From: Octopus sinensis
Taxonomy: Eukaryota
NCBI RefSeq assembly: GCF_006345805.1
Contig: NC_043003.1
Span: forward strand, 101,308,001 to 101,372,000
Reading direction: 5' to 3'
Length of the DNA: 64,000 bases
Position 1 is the first letter of the stretch. Every line of letters begins with the position of its first letter. The notes below the pieces were generated by a model. The model saw only the letters and a program-made list of their open reading frames with translations, had not been told where the DNA came from and searched no databases. The translations under genes and the position numbers were made by a program. Shown here in pieces: positions 36,105 to 47,620 of this stretch.

Positions 36105-36143
<39 letters not shown>
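35570..36143. repeat. (TA)n/(CA)n/(TACA)n compound microsatellite
   Basis: Low-complexity tract; its YI/HT-rich ORFs are artefacts. Confidence 0.95.
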
Positions 36144-36146
<3 letters not shown>

Positions 36147-36530
36147 TAGCAGTATCGCCCGGCGTTGCTCAGGTTTGTAAGGGAAATAACTATAAAGCAT
36201 TTTTAGAGAGTTATAGCCAAAAAATAGCAAAAAAATGGAAAAAAAATGATGGTAAATTTTTTTTTGAGAGTAAAAAAAGGTTGAGTTGCGTCCCCTAGAC
36301 AGTCTGTGGTTTGTGTTTCTGATTCTCGACCCCATGTCGAATTTATCGATTTTTTTCAGAACTGGGGGAACTTTTCAAAATTTTCGCTGCGTTAGTTTTG
36401 AATTATGACATTGGGCTATGTGTGTGTCAAGTTTCATCAGAATCGGTTGAAAGCCGTGGTCAGGGTGAGGGTACGAGAAAACAGACACACAGAAACACGC
36501 ACAGACAAACTGCCGTTTATATAGAGAGAT
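36144..36530 (+). mobile_element. Non-autonomous Helitron-like (Lep1-type) element
   Basis: Starts TACTAGCAGTATCGCCCGGCGTTGCTC, carries AAGTTTCATCAGAATCGG and ends ACAGACAAAC...TTTATATAGAGAGAT. Confidence 0.6.
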
Positions 36531-36644
36531 ATATATATATATATATATAGTCAATCCAAACATGAACAAGTAAGCAAAACAACAACGCAAGGATGTGGAA
36601 TAAGTACAGTGTTATTGGATGCTCAGGAAAAGAAAGAAAGAGGA

Positions 36645-36680
36645 TTGCACGTTTCGAGCAGAGCTCTTCATCAGAGATAT
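36645..36680 (-). ncRNA. Hammerhead-like core at PLE 3' terminus, probably inactivated
   Basis: CUGAUGA-a-GAGC ucu GCUC-GAAACGU-G. Position 17 is G and stem I is poor. Confidence 0.45.
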
Positions 36681-37034
36681 AGAAAAAGTCCAAAGAAGGG
36701 AAGATGGAGAAAGAAAATCGCCAATGATACACACACGGTCTTATATTAAAATGACTAGAAGAGAATGGGTGAAGAAAAAGTTCTTTCTAAAACAGGAGAG
36801 TGCAAGAGGAGGTATGTGCGTGCACGCAGGTCCGAGTGTGTGTGTAATGATAGCACGTGTATGTGCATGTGTGAGTAGTTGTGGCTGTTTATGTATGTGC
36901 GTGGTTGAACTTAGTGTCACTTAAGGTCATAGGAAAAATTTATAGTAAGAATTCTGGTAGGAGTGGCTATCTGTTGTGTCTCCCAATACCTGTGCATAGG
37001 AGAATGGTCAGTAGAAAGGTGTTTAACTGGCAGT

Positions 37035-37725
37035 TTGAAGTATGTATGTGTGCATGTATGTATATGTAGTGTGTGGTGTGTTTTGTTTGCAGTATATGTG
37101 TGTTTGTACGTGTGTATATGTGTGAGGTTGTGTAAATGTACATTACGTTGTGTGTGCATGTGTCCACATATGTATAATTGTGTGCGTGTATGTGTGTTTT
37201 GTGTGTGTATGGGAGGTATATGTGGGTTCATTTGCGTGTGCGCATGTATGTGTGTGCGTATGTGTGTGTGTATATATGTGTGCGTGTGAGTGTATGTGCA
37301 TGTGTACATGTATGTATGTGCATGTATTTTTGTGTATGCATGTGTGAATGAGGGGTTGTGTAGTGAGGTATATGTGCATTTTTTGCACGTGTATGCATAT
37401 GTGTGTGCACGTATGTGTGTGTGTAGTTGTGTGCGTGTGTGTATGCCGGCATGTATATGTGTATGTGTGGGGGTTGTGAGTGTTAGGTATGTATGTGCAT
37501 CTGTATGCGTGTGTGCGTTTATGTGCATCTATATGTGTATGCATACATGTATGTGTGCGTGTATGTATACATTTGTGTGTATGTATATGTATGTGTGTGT
37601 ACGTGTATGTGTGTGTAATTGTGTGCATGTCTGTATGAGTGTGTTGTGTGTTGGAGGTATGTGTGTGAGTGTGTGTATGCATGTTTATGTACATGTGTAT
37701 GTGTGTGTGTGTATGTGTGTGTAGG
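37035..37725. repeat. Degenerate (TG/TATG)n minisatellite-like tract
   Basis: Low-complexity sequence. Confidence 0.9.
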
Positions 37726-39185
37726 ATCCTCCGACAAAGGGGTAGGGTGGAGTGATGGAAGAGGAGAGGAAAGGGGGTGCAGTTAGGGCATTGGTGTGGG
37801 AAAGGAGAAAGGGCGGTGGTGCAATCGATTCAACGATTTGGACAAGGGTTGAGGGGTATCCTCAATGCATGAACAGGCAGGCAAGGTACTGGGACTGGGT
37901 CTCAAAATCCTGGTCCCGGATGCACAAGCATTGGAGGCGGAGGAACTGGGAGTAGGGGATAGTCCGTTTATTGTGGAGGAGGAGAAGTTGAGGTAGAAGT
38001 GGGAATCTGTGGGTTTGAAGAAGGCAGAGGTGGTGTGAGAGTGAGAGGGGTGGTCAATGGTAAGAGATATCAAGGAAGTTAACCAAGGTGTTAGAGATAG
38101 TAGAAGTGAATTGGAGAGAAGGGTGGAAGTTAGAGAGGAAAGAGATGAAGTGGCAGAGTTGTTCACGGAAGAGGAAAGTGGCACCTATACAGTCATCTAT
38201 GTAGCAACCGTATAGCCCTGGGGTTAGCCCAGAGAATTGGGAGAATGCCTGGGCCTCAATGTGAACAACAAAGAGGTTGGCAAAATTGGGACCCATTCTC
38301 ATTTCCATCGCAACCCCAGACACCTGTTGGTAGGTTTCCCCAGTGAACGTAAAGCAGTTGAGGGTGAGGACGAGCTCTGCCAGGCGAAGAAGGGTGGAGG
38401 TGGTGGGTGTGGGGTTAGGGCAATGGTCAAGGAAGTATTGGAGGGCTAAGAGACCGTCGTTGTAGGGAATCCCAGTGAATAGGGATTTGATGTCCAAGGT
38501 AAAGAGGAGGTGTGAGGTGCCGGGAGAGAAGGAAAAGGAATTGAAGAGGTGAAGGGCGCCACACCACCACTGCCAGTGTCTGCCAGTTTGGTGACGATGT
38601 CGTCGTGGCAACGGAGGTCATGAAGGGTGACTGATTCAGCACGGATGAGGTTGGCTCGGAGGGATCTTTTTTTGAAATTGAATCAATCAATCAATGCATT
38701 GCAGTCATGCACGAACAAATCTAGGCTACTGAATTAGCTTGGAGGCAGCGTCCAGTTGGATGGGTGGTGCCCCAGCTCCGAAAAACAATTCCAATTATTG
38801 TGATACTGTGTAGATGTGTGGAAAAACGCGCATAGTTTGATACGGTGCAGGAACTGGCTGACATCAACGTGGGTCTCAAATCCGTCACGGTGGGGCGAGA
38901 GGCATGAAGCAGAGTCCCCTACTGAGGAGTGAGCACTTGGCAGCAAACGGGGAAGTTGGGTGGTATAGTGACAACAGTGCATGGGAACAGTGGTGGGGTG
39001 AGTGGGGTCGGGAAGAGGGGGTGCAGAGCTGGGGTGAGGAGGGTCTGAATGGTTGGGTGGGGTGGGAATGTCAGGGTGGGGGCGTATGGGTGTGTGGAGG
39101 GTGCAGGGGTGGGCGTGGTGGATGCAGGATTGGAAGGGATCGGGGAGCTGAAGGGGAATCAGAGGGGAATCAGAGGCGGCGACGT

Positions 39186-40896
39186 TAAATTACATCGATA
39201 TAAAGGAAGATGATGTAATAAAGGCTATAGATGAAATGAAAATAGACTCAGCTATTGGCCCCGATGGATTCCCGGCAATCCTCCTAAAAGTATGCAAGAG
39301 AGTCTTAGCAAGACCACTGCAGTTCCTCTTTCAGAGCTTCCTTGCAGCTGGCAAACTTCCAAGAAAACTGAAGGAAGGTAAAATATGCCCTATTCATAAA
39401 GGAGGTAGCAGAGCGGAGGCCAAGAACTACAGACCTATCTCTCTGACCTCACACATCAGCAAGGTCATGGAACGAATAGTCAGAAGGAAACTAATCACCT
39501 TCCTTGAAGAAAATGACTTGCTGCCTGACACCCAACATGGTTTCCGACCAGGAAGAAGCTGCTTAACTCAGCTCCTGCAGCACTATGACTGGGTGCTGAA
39601 ACAACTGCTCAACCACTCAAATGTGGAAGTCATATATCTCGACTTCACAAAGGCCTTCGATAAAGTCGATCATGGAATGATATGTCACAAACTGCGTGAT
39701 CTTGGCATAGTTGGAAAACTAGGAGAATGGCTTCACGACTTTCTGAAGAATAGAAGTCAGGTGGTAGTAGCCAATGGGGCCACTTCCATTAGCACGCAAA
39801 TAGTGAGCGGTGTTCCACAGGGCACTGTTTTGGGACCACTACTGTTCATAATGGCCCTCTCAGACATGCCCTCAGCCACGCGGAGAGCCACGATCACAAG
39901 TTATGCAGATGATACAAAAGTTTCACAGGCAATACAGAACCCTGAAGACACTAGGCACCTGCAATATGAGCTGGACGAAATATACAAGTGGGCTGAAAAG
40001 AATAGCATGCAGTTCAATGCTGAAAAGTTTCAAGCTTTATACTATCAGCATGCAAAACTGAATGCAATACCCAAGGAATACACTGGACCCGGAGGGATTG
40101 CAATCCCAGAGGCACAATCAGTGCGTGACCTGGGTATTCACATGAGTGATGACACGACCTTTCATGTACATGTTGCTAAACTGACAGTGAAATGCAGACG
40201 GCTGGCTGGATGGATTTTAGAACCTTTAGAACAAGAGAGAACAAGAAACCATGATGGTCCTCTGGAAGACACTTGTCCTAAGTCACTTTGACTATTGCTC
40301 TCAGCTATGGTCACCATCCAGTGTCAAGTTGATCACAGAACTTGAGGCGATCCAACGAAGCTACACGAAGAAGATAGCCTCTATGCAGAATGTAAGCTAC
40401 TGGGAAAGACTCAAGAGATTAAAATTACATTCCCTGGAGCGCAGGCGGGAAAGATATGCCATAATATACATCTGGAAGATCCTGGAGGGAAGTGTCCTGA
40501 ACTTTGGCATCGAGAGTTACGCAAACGCCAGAACTGGGCGCCACTGCGTGGTGCCTAGGACTCCAAACTTGCCATCAAGATGTAGGACAAGATTCTGTGA
40601 TAGCCTGGGCTTCCGAGGCCCACAGCTCTTCAATATCCTCCCGATGAACCTGAGAGACCTGCATGGGGTGGATACAGATGTCTTTAAAATGGAGCTGGAT
40701 CTCTTCCTGTCAGGTGTCCCAGATGAACCAACTTCACGGCAGGAGGGGCAGATGAGGGCAGCTGCATCGAACTCTCTCATGCACCAAATAGCAGTTGCTA
40801 GAAAGCCTCCATGAAGTGAAACCAAGTAGCAACACCAAATGGCGGTGCCCCAGCATGGCCACAGCTCATAAGCTGAAACTGGAATCAATCAATCAA
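39186..40896 (+). mobile_element. CR1-group LINE, 5'-truncated, intact 3' end with (ATCA)n tail
   Basis: RT ORF 39236..40291 (YLDFTKAFD, PQGTVLGP, YADD) and C-terminus 40251..40814. Near-identical to the 24885-26180 copy. Confidence 0.95.
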
Positions 40897-41072
40897 TATA
40901 TATATATTATACATAACATATATAGATATATATATATATATTATAAATTTATATATATATACATATAATATAATATATATTTATAAATTTATATATATAA
41001 CATATATATAATATATATATATTTATAAATTTATATATATATACATATATATAAATATATTTATAAATTTAT

Positions 41073-41106
<34 letters not shown>

Positions 41107-41126
41107 AATATCTATATATTATAAAT

Positions 41127-41162
<36 letters not shown>

Positions 41163-41215
41163 TCTATATATTTATAAATTTATATATATATATATATATA
41201 TCTATATATTTATAA

Positions 41216-41278
<63 letters not shown>

Positions 41279-41340
41279 ATATTATATATTTTTAATTATT
41301 TATATATATTTATAAATTTATATATATATATATATATATA
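40897..41340. repeat. AT-only compound repeat built on TATAAATTTATA
   Basis: Repeated palindromic TATAAATTTATA within (TA)n. Confidence 0.9.
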
Positions 41341-42020
41341 GGTCTCACTGAGGAAATGACTAGAGACCGAGACCTCTGGAAGTGTGCTGTGCGCGAGAAG
41401 ACCCGGCAGGACAAGTGAGTCCACAACCCGTGGCCTTCTACATGGGATGGAGCCAGCCTACGTATGCATACCTTCCCTTCTTGGGACACAAAACTCTACT
41501 TGTGAAGACGTGTTGGGGCAAGTGAGGATCAGAATCGAAATCGATCAATGGAAATTGCGGATGTGCTACCAGTGCCGGTGGCATGTCGAAACTCTGCTTG
41601 TGAAGACCCATTGAGGCAAGTGAGGATCAGAATCGAAATCGATCAATGGAAATCGATCAATGGAAATTGCAGATGTGTACCAGTGCCGGTGGCATGTAAG
41701 AGAACTTTCCGTTTCGCGACCGTTGCCAGCACCGCCCCGTTCGTGTCCGTTGCCAGCCTCGCCTGGCCCTCGTGCCGGTGGCACATAAAAAGCACCATCC
41801 GTTCGTGGCCGTTTGCCAGCTCTGTCTGGCACCAGTGCGGGTGGCACGTAAAAAGCACCCACTACGCTCACGGAGTGGTTGGCGTTAGGAAGGGCATCCA
41901 GCCGTAGAAACACTGCCAGATTTGACTGGGCCTGATGAAGCCTTCTGGCTTCACAGACCCCAGTAGAACCGTCCAGCATGGAAAACGGACGCTAAATGAT
42001 GATGATGATGATGATGATGA
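41341..42020 (+). mobile_element. RTE 3' end (ORF C-terminus + UTR + (GAT)n)
   Basis: Begins GGTCTCACTGAGGAAATGACTAGAGACCGAGAC, the end of the RTE ORF. Confidence 0.92.
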
Positions 42021-42551
42021 TATATATAAATATCTATATATTATAAATTTATATAAATATATATATATAAATATCTATATATTTATAAATTTATATATAT
42101 TATATATAAATAAATATCTATTATTTATAAATTTATATATATATATATATTATATATATATATAAATATCTATATATTTATAAATTGATATATATATACA
42201 TATATATATATACATACAACATATATATAAATATCTATATATTTATAAATTGATATATATATACATATATACATACATACATATATATATACACACACAC
42301 ACATATATATACACACACACATATATATATACACACACACACACATATATATACACACACACATATATACACACACACATATATATATATATACACACAC
42401 ACATATATACACACACACATATATATATATACACACACATATATATACACACACACACACATATATATACACACACACACACATATATATACACACACAC
42501 ATATATATACATACATATATAATATACATACTATATATATATACATATTAC

Positions 42552-42582
<31 letters not shown>

Positions 42583-42653
42583 CATATATACATATATATT
42601 ATATAATATATATATAATACATATATATATATATATACATATATATATGTATA

Positions 42654-42689
<36 letters not shown>

Positions 42690-42829
42690 CAATATATATA
42701 TATATATACAATATATATTATATATACAACATAGATATATATATTATAATACATACATATAGATATATATACATATATATATATATATATAATACATACA
42801 TATATATATATATATACATACATATATAT

Positions 42830-42865
<36 letters not shown>

Positions 42866-42912
42866 GTACCTTATTTACTGTGGTTAACCCCGAATCAACC
42901 CGGGACCTACAT

Positions 42913-42943
<31 letters not shown>

Positions 42944-42944
42944 C
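42021..42944. repeat. Compound (TA)n/(CA)n microsatellite
   Basis: Low-complexity sequence. Confidence 0.95.
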
Positions 42945-43672
42945 ATCATCATCATCATCGTCGTTTAACGTCCGTTCTCCATGCTAGCATGGGTTGGACG
43001 GTTCGACCGGGGATCTGGGAAGCCAGAAGGCTGCACCAGGCTCCAGTCTTATCTGGCAGTGTTTCTACAGCTGGATGCCCTTCCTAACGCCAACCACTCC
43101 GTGAGTGTAGTGGGTGCTTTTTACGTGCCACCTGCACAGGTGCCAGGCGAGGCTGGCAACGGCCACGGTCGGATTGGTGTATTTTATGTGCCACCGGCAC
43201 GGAAGCCAGACGAGGCGGTGCTGGCATTGGCTACGAGTCGGATGGTGCTTTTTACGTACCACCAGACCAGGGATCCTGGCTGGTTCAATTCGATTTCGAT
43301 TTCGCTTGCCCCAACATGTCTTCGCAAGCAAGGGGGTTGGCATGGGTGCCTGTTGTACGCTCAGATTGGTGTATTTTACGTGCCACCGGCACGGAAGCCA
43401 GTGGAGGCGGCACTGGCATCGGCCACGTGTCGGATAGTGCTTTTTACGTACCACCAGACCAGGGAACCTGGCTGGTTCGATTCGATTTCGCTTGCCCCAA
43501 CATGTCTTTGCAAGCAAGGGGGTTGAAGCGAAATCGAATCGAACCAGCCAGGTTCCCTGGTCTGGTGGTACGTAAAAAGCACTATCCGACTCGTGGCCGA
43601 TGCCAGTGCCGCCTCCACTGGCTTCCGTGCCGGTGGCACGTAAAATACACCAATCTGAGCGTACAACAGGCA
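42945..43672 (-). mobile_element. RTE 3' UTR copy with inverted 5' segment
   Basis: 42945-43526 is a minus-strand UTR; 43527-43672 is the reverse complement of about 43349-43493. Confidence 0.88.
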
Positions 43673-43851
43673 ATATTTATAAATTTATATATATATACAT
43701 ATATATAAATATCTATATATTTATAAATTGATGTATACATACATATATATATATATATACACACACACATATATATACACACACATATATATATATACAC
43801 ACACACATATATATACACACACACATATATATATATACACACACACACATA

Positions 43852-43889
<38 letters not shown>

Positions 43890-44029
43890 CATATATATAT
43901 ATACATATATATATATATACATATATATATATTTATAAATTTATATATATATACATATATATATATAAATATCTATATATTTATAAATCTATATTTCGTT
44001 TTGGGATTTGGTTTGCAAGATTCTTTATA

Positions 44030-45274
44030 CGAGGGGCGTTCAATAAGTAATGCCCCTGACCCACTTCCCATAGCAGTAGAGCAACGAAACTTGGCACAGT
44101 TATTAGTCTTTTTCTACATAGGAACCACCCAGAGTTACGCATTTCTCCCATTGTTTGATGCAGCTCTGGAGACCGTTTTTGTAGAAGACCCCAGCTTGGT
44201 CCTCCAACCACAACGTGACTTCAGAAATCAAGGCTGCATCATCTGGGAAACGCTTTCCTTTCAAAATCAACTTCATGGCTGGGAAGAGGTGAAAATCAGA
44301 GGGTGCAAGGGGAGGAGTTCATAGCTGCACGCCTGTGCTTCTGATCTGGCGACACGCGAGTTGTGGACTGGAGCGTTGTCCTGCAGGAGGAGGATGCCTT
44401 TGCTGATCTTGCCCCGCCTCTTGATTTTGATAACTTCTCTTAATTTCCTCAAAAGTGAAGCATAATAGGCTCCTGCAATTGTGGTACCCTTTGCCAGGAA
44501 ATCTGTCATCACTACTCCGTCCTGGTCGCCAGCGGAGGGCTGCACCCTTGCCTTCTTTGGAGGGGGTGAGTCACGGTGCTTCCACTGCATTGACTGGGCT
44601 TTGGTCTCTGGATCATCGTGATGGACCCAGGTTTCATCCTGTGTAATCAGTCTTTTGAAAAATTTTGACTCATCTTCTTGGCACATCTCCAAATTCATCC
44701 TCGAGCACTCGACGCGTTCTTGCTTCTGGAAAGGCGTGAGCAACCTGGGAATCCATCTGGCAGACACCTTTTGCATATGCAAATGGTCGTGAATGATAGT
44801 TTCCACAGACCCGGTACTAATCTTGACCTCATGGGTTATTTGGCGAATAATTATGCGTCGATCTTCCAAAATGGCAGCCTCAACTTGACGGACAGATGCC
44901 TCATCAATGGCAGAGCGGGCGACCAGATCTGGGAGCTGTTTCCACAGAGTTCTGACTATGTTTGAATTCACGATGCCAGCGTTTTACAAGGTCATATGAT
45001 GGGGCATCATCACCATAAGTTACTTTCATTTCATCAAAAGTCTCCCGTGGTGTGCGTCCTTTCAAATACAAAAACCGGATCACTGCTCGACACTCAACAG
45101 GCTCCATTTCACACTTGACTCAGTTCAAACACCTGTAAATCAGAAACCAAAATTAATTCAGAGCTGTAATTTGCCACTTACTCTATAGAGATATAAATGA
45201 TTGCACGTGCAAAATTTCAGCTAGATCAAACAACTGCAAGTGGGTCAGAGGCATTACTTATTGAACGTCCCTCG
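44030..45274 (-). mobile_element. Mariner, second copy of the 7461-8730 family
   Basis: Same TIRs and TA TSDs (44028-29, 45275-76); transposase fragments 44904..45107 and 44273..44971. Confidence 0.95.
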
Positions 45275-45295
45275 TATGAGTTCGTGTGTTGAAGC

Positions 45296-45562
45296 ATATT
45301 CTGTTGTGTCTGGGGAGAGTCATTCTCTTTTAGTGCTTTATTATTTAACACACTCACTGGTAAAATTTCCACTTATTTCTTATTTTTATTTTCTAAAATT
45401 TTCGTTGCGTCTTGCAACCTTTTCAAGACTATTGAAAAGGTTGCAAGATGCAACGAAAATTTTAGAAAATAAAAATAAGAAATAAGTGGAAATTTTACCG
45501 GTGGGTGTGTTAAATAATAAAGCACTAAAAGAGAATGACTCTCCCCAGACACAACAGAATAT
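45296..45562. repeat. Near-perfect 267-bp palindrome (131-bp arms, 5-nt loop GACTA) containing mirrored hammerhead-like cores
   Basis: 45296-45426 is the reverse complement of 45432-45562 with few mismatches. Confidence 0.93.
45432..45464 (+). ncRNA. Hammerhead-like core, U3-A8 variant (mirror copy on - at 45394-45426)
   Basis: UUGAAAA-g-GUUGC aagau GCAAC-GAAAAUUUU-A. The 5' strand of stem I appears lost at the fold-back point. Confidence 0.4.
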
Positions 45563-45604
45563 AAATTTATATATATATACTTTATTTAAAAGCAGCAGAA
45601 ATAT

Positions 45605-45657
45605 AACAAAAGGTGTTACTCAGAGTTTCACGTTCCCGTTTGTCGGACAGTTTTGTT
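45605..45657 (-). ncRNA. Degenerate hammerhead-like motif
   Basis: AACAAAA-cUGU-CCGACAA-ACG ggaa CGU-GAAACU cug AGU-A-ACAc c-UUUUGUU. Confidence 0.4.
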
Positions 45658-45927
45658 AACAAAACTGCTTTTAAATAAAGCATATTACTCTACCTCTGGT
45701 ATTTGAGTACTCTTTTTTTCTACCTTGTTTCACATTTATGTGTTTACTCTGGTATATAGAAATATATATATATATATACACGTAAATATAAGAGAGTTAC
45801 CATTAAGTGGTTAACTCTAGAACTAGAAATAGCTCCTTATTCTGGTATAGCCACCGAAATTGTTTCCACAAAAGAAATAACATTACCCTCAACGTAAGGA
45901 AAGTGAAATACAACGAAAATATAGATT

Positions 45928-46005
45928 AATGCTGAACAATTGTTTCTTTATCAATATAAAATGCAATTATACTCACATATTTATCAATAAGTCATCAGCA
46001 GCATT
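45928..46005 (-). ncRNA. Type I hammerhead-like ribozyme (left arm)
   Basis: Mirror of 46256-46333. Confidence 0.6.
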
Positions 46006-46255
46006 TGTCTTCGATACAATTTATTAGACCCTTACGGGCGATAAATACCCATGCGGTCCAATCGATTGCATACATAGTTGTGATTTATGAATTTATAAAT
46101 TTAATATACTGCAGGAAATATTATATGCAGTATTCGTTTCCACTAAGTCTTACCATGCTTTTGGCGGGGAAGCTAAATCACAACTATGTATGCAATCGAT
46201 TGGACCGCATGGGTATTTATCGCCCGTGAGGGTTTAATAAATTGTATCGAAGACA

Positions 46256-46333
46256 AATGCTGCTGATGACTTATTGATAAATATGTGAGTATAATTGCAT
46301 ATTATATTGATAAAGAAACAATTGTTCAGCATT
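46256..46333 (+). ncRNA. Type I hammerhead-like ribozyme (right arm)
   Basis: AAUGCUG-CUGAUGA-(45-nt stem II)-GAAACAAUUGU-U-CAGCAUU. 7-bp stem I, palindromic stem III ACAAUUGU, GUU site. Confidence 0.62.
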
Positions 46334-46860
46334 AATCTATATTTTCATTGTATTTCACTTTCCTTACGTTGAGGGTAATGTTATTTCTTTTGTGGAAACA
46401 ACTTCGGTGGCTATACCAGAATAAGGAGCTATTTCTAGCACTAGAGTTAACCACTCAACAGTAACTCTCTTATATTTACGTATAAATTTGTATTGTCTCC
46501 CTGGTTTTTTGTGCTAGATCATTTGGTGTTAAACTGATGGTATTATTAAATTAATATCTAATTTTTCACCCTCGTTTATGAATGTATATATATATATATA
46601 TTTATTTATTTTTTTATGCGTTTCAGCCAAGTGCCTGCGGTCATGCTGGAGCACCACTATGACTTTCCCTCCTTATGCTGTGCTCTCTGCATGTTCCTTG
46701 TATGGCTCTTCACTGCCACCTGATGTAGTCCAATCAAGACTTTCCATGGCACATCTGGTGTATAAGGGAATTTGACATTGCTGCCCTCAACTGTGTCTCA
46801 TTTCGAGCCATCGGTTCATCTAGTATCGTGGATAAATATATATATATGAATGTTTATAGA

Positions 46861-47154
46861 TATAAATTTATATATATATACATATTTAAACACAAAGAGA
46901 AATTTACCTATAACAGGTAATTTCTAAATGCTAGGAGACAGTCAAACCGTCTAAAATTGCTTAAATATTTTTTGTGGTTGTAAGTCGTTTTGTCTCCTAG
47001 CATGTAGAAATTACCTGTTATAGGTAAATTTCTCTTTATGTTTAAATGTACGCTATTTTATATTGAATAATATGTCATTTATTGACTTTTAATACATGCT
47101 AGGCCACCGGAAATAAATTTATAAAAATTTAACACCCTATATAGATGTATATAT

Positions 47155-47205
<51 letters not shown>

Positions 47206-47517
47206 TGAATGTATATATATACATATAAATTTATATATATATACATATTTAAACACAAAGAGAAATTTACCTATAACAGGTAATTTCTAAATGCTAGGAG
47301 ACAGTCAAACCGTCTAAAATTGCTTAAATATTTTTTGTGGTTGTAAGTCGTTTTGTCTCCTAGCATGTAGAAATTACCTGTTATAGGTAAATTTCTCTTT
47401 ATGTTTAAATGTACGCTATTTTATATTGAATAATATGTCATTTATTGACTTTTAATACATGCTAGGCCACCGGAAATAAATTTATAAAAATTTAACACCC
47501 TATATAGATGTATATAT

Positions 47518-47568
<51 letters not shown>

Positions 47569-47590
47569 TGAATGTATATATATACATATA
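46861..47590. repeat. 363-bp tandem duplication of a foldback unit (about 55-bp arms)
   Basis: CATATTTAAACACAAAGAG at 46881 and 47244; each unit has arms ...GCTAGGAGACA / TGTCTCCTAGC.... Confidence 0.9.
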
Positions 47591-47620
47591 AATTTATATA
47601 TATAAATATATATATATGAA

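Larger units (their letters stand above)
36550..39000 (-). mobile_element. Penelope-like retroelement, decayed, interrupted by a TG-rich tract
   Basis: RT motifs in 38054..38611: LFTLDIKSLFT, FTFTGETYQQVSGVAM, GPNFANLF, YIDD and VNFLDI. N-terminal DVSQFLHRIKLCAFFH. Hammerhead-like motif at the 3' terminus. Confidence 0.85.
45781..46480. repeat. Inverted repeat, 307-bp arms, 86-bp spacer, each arm carrying a hammerhead motif
   Basis: 45781-46087 versus 46174-46480. Confidence 0.93.

Noticed and set aside
35568-37724. Long YI-, HT- and CV-rich ORFs (also 42170-43087, 56982-57255, 63665-63979)
   Set aside because: They are translations of (TA)n/(CA)n microsatellites.
46770-46830. Hammerhead-like TAGATGA...CTCGAAA on the minus strand
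   Set aside because: Core, stem III and stem I are all degenerate.
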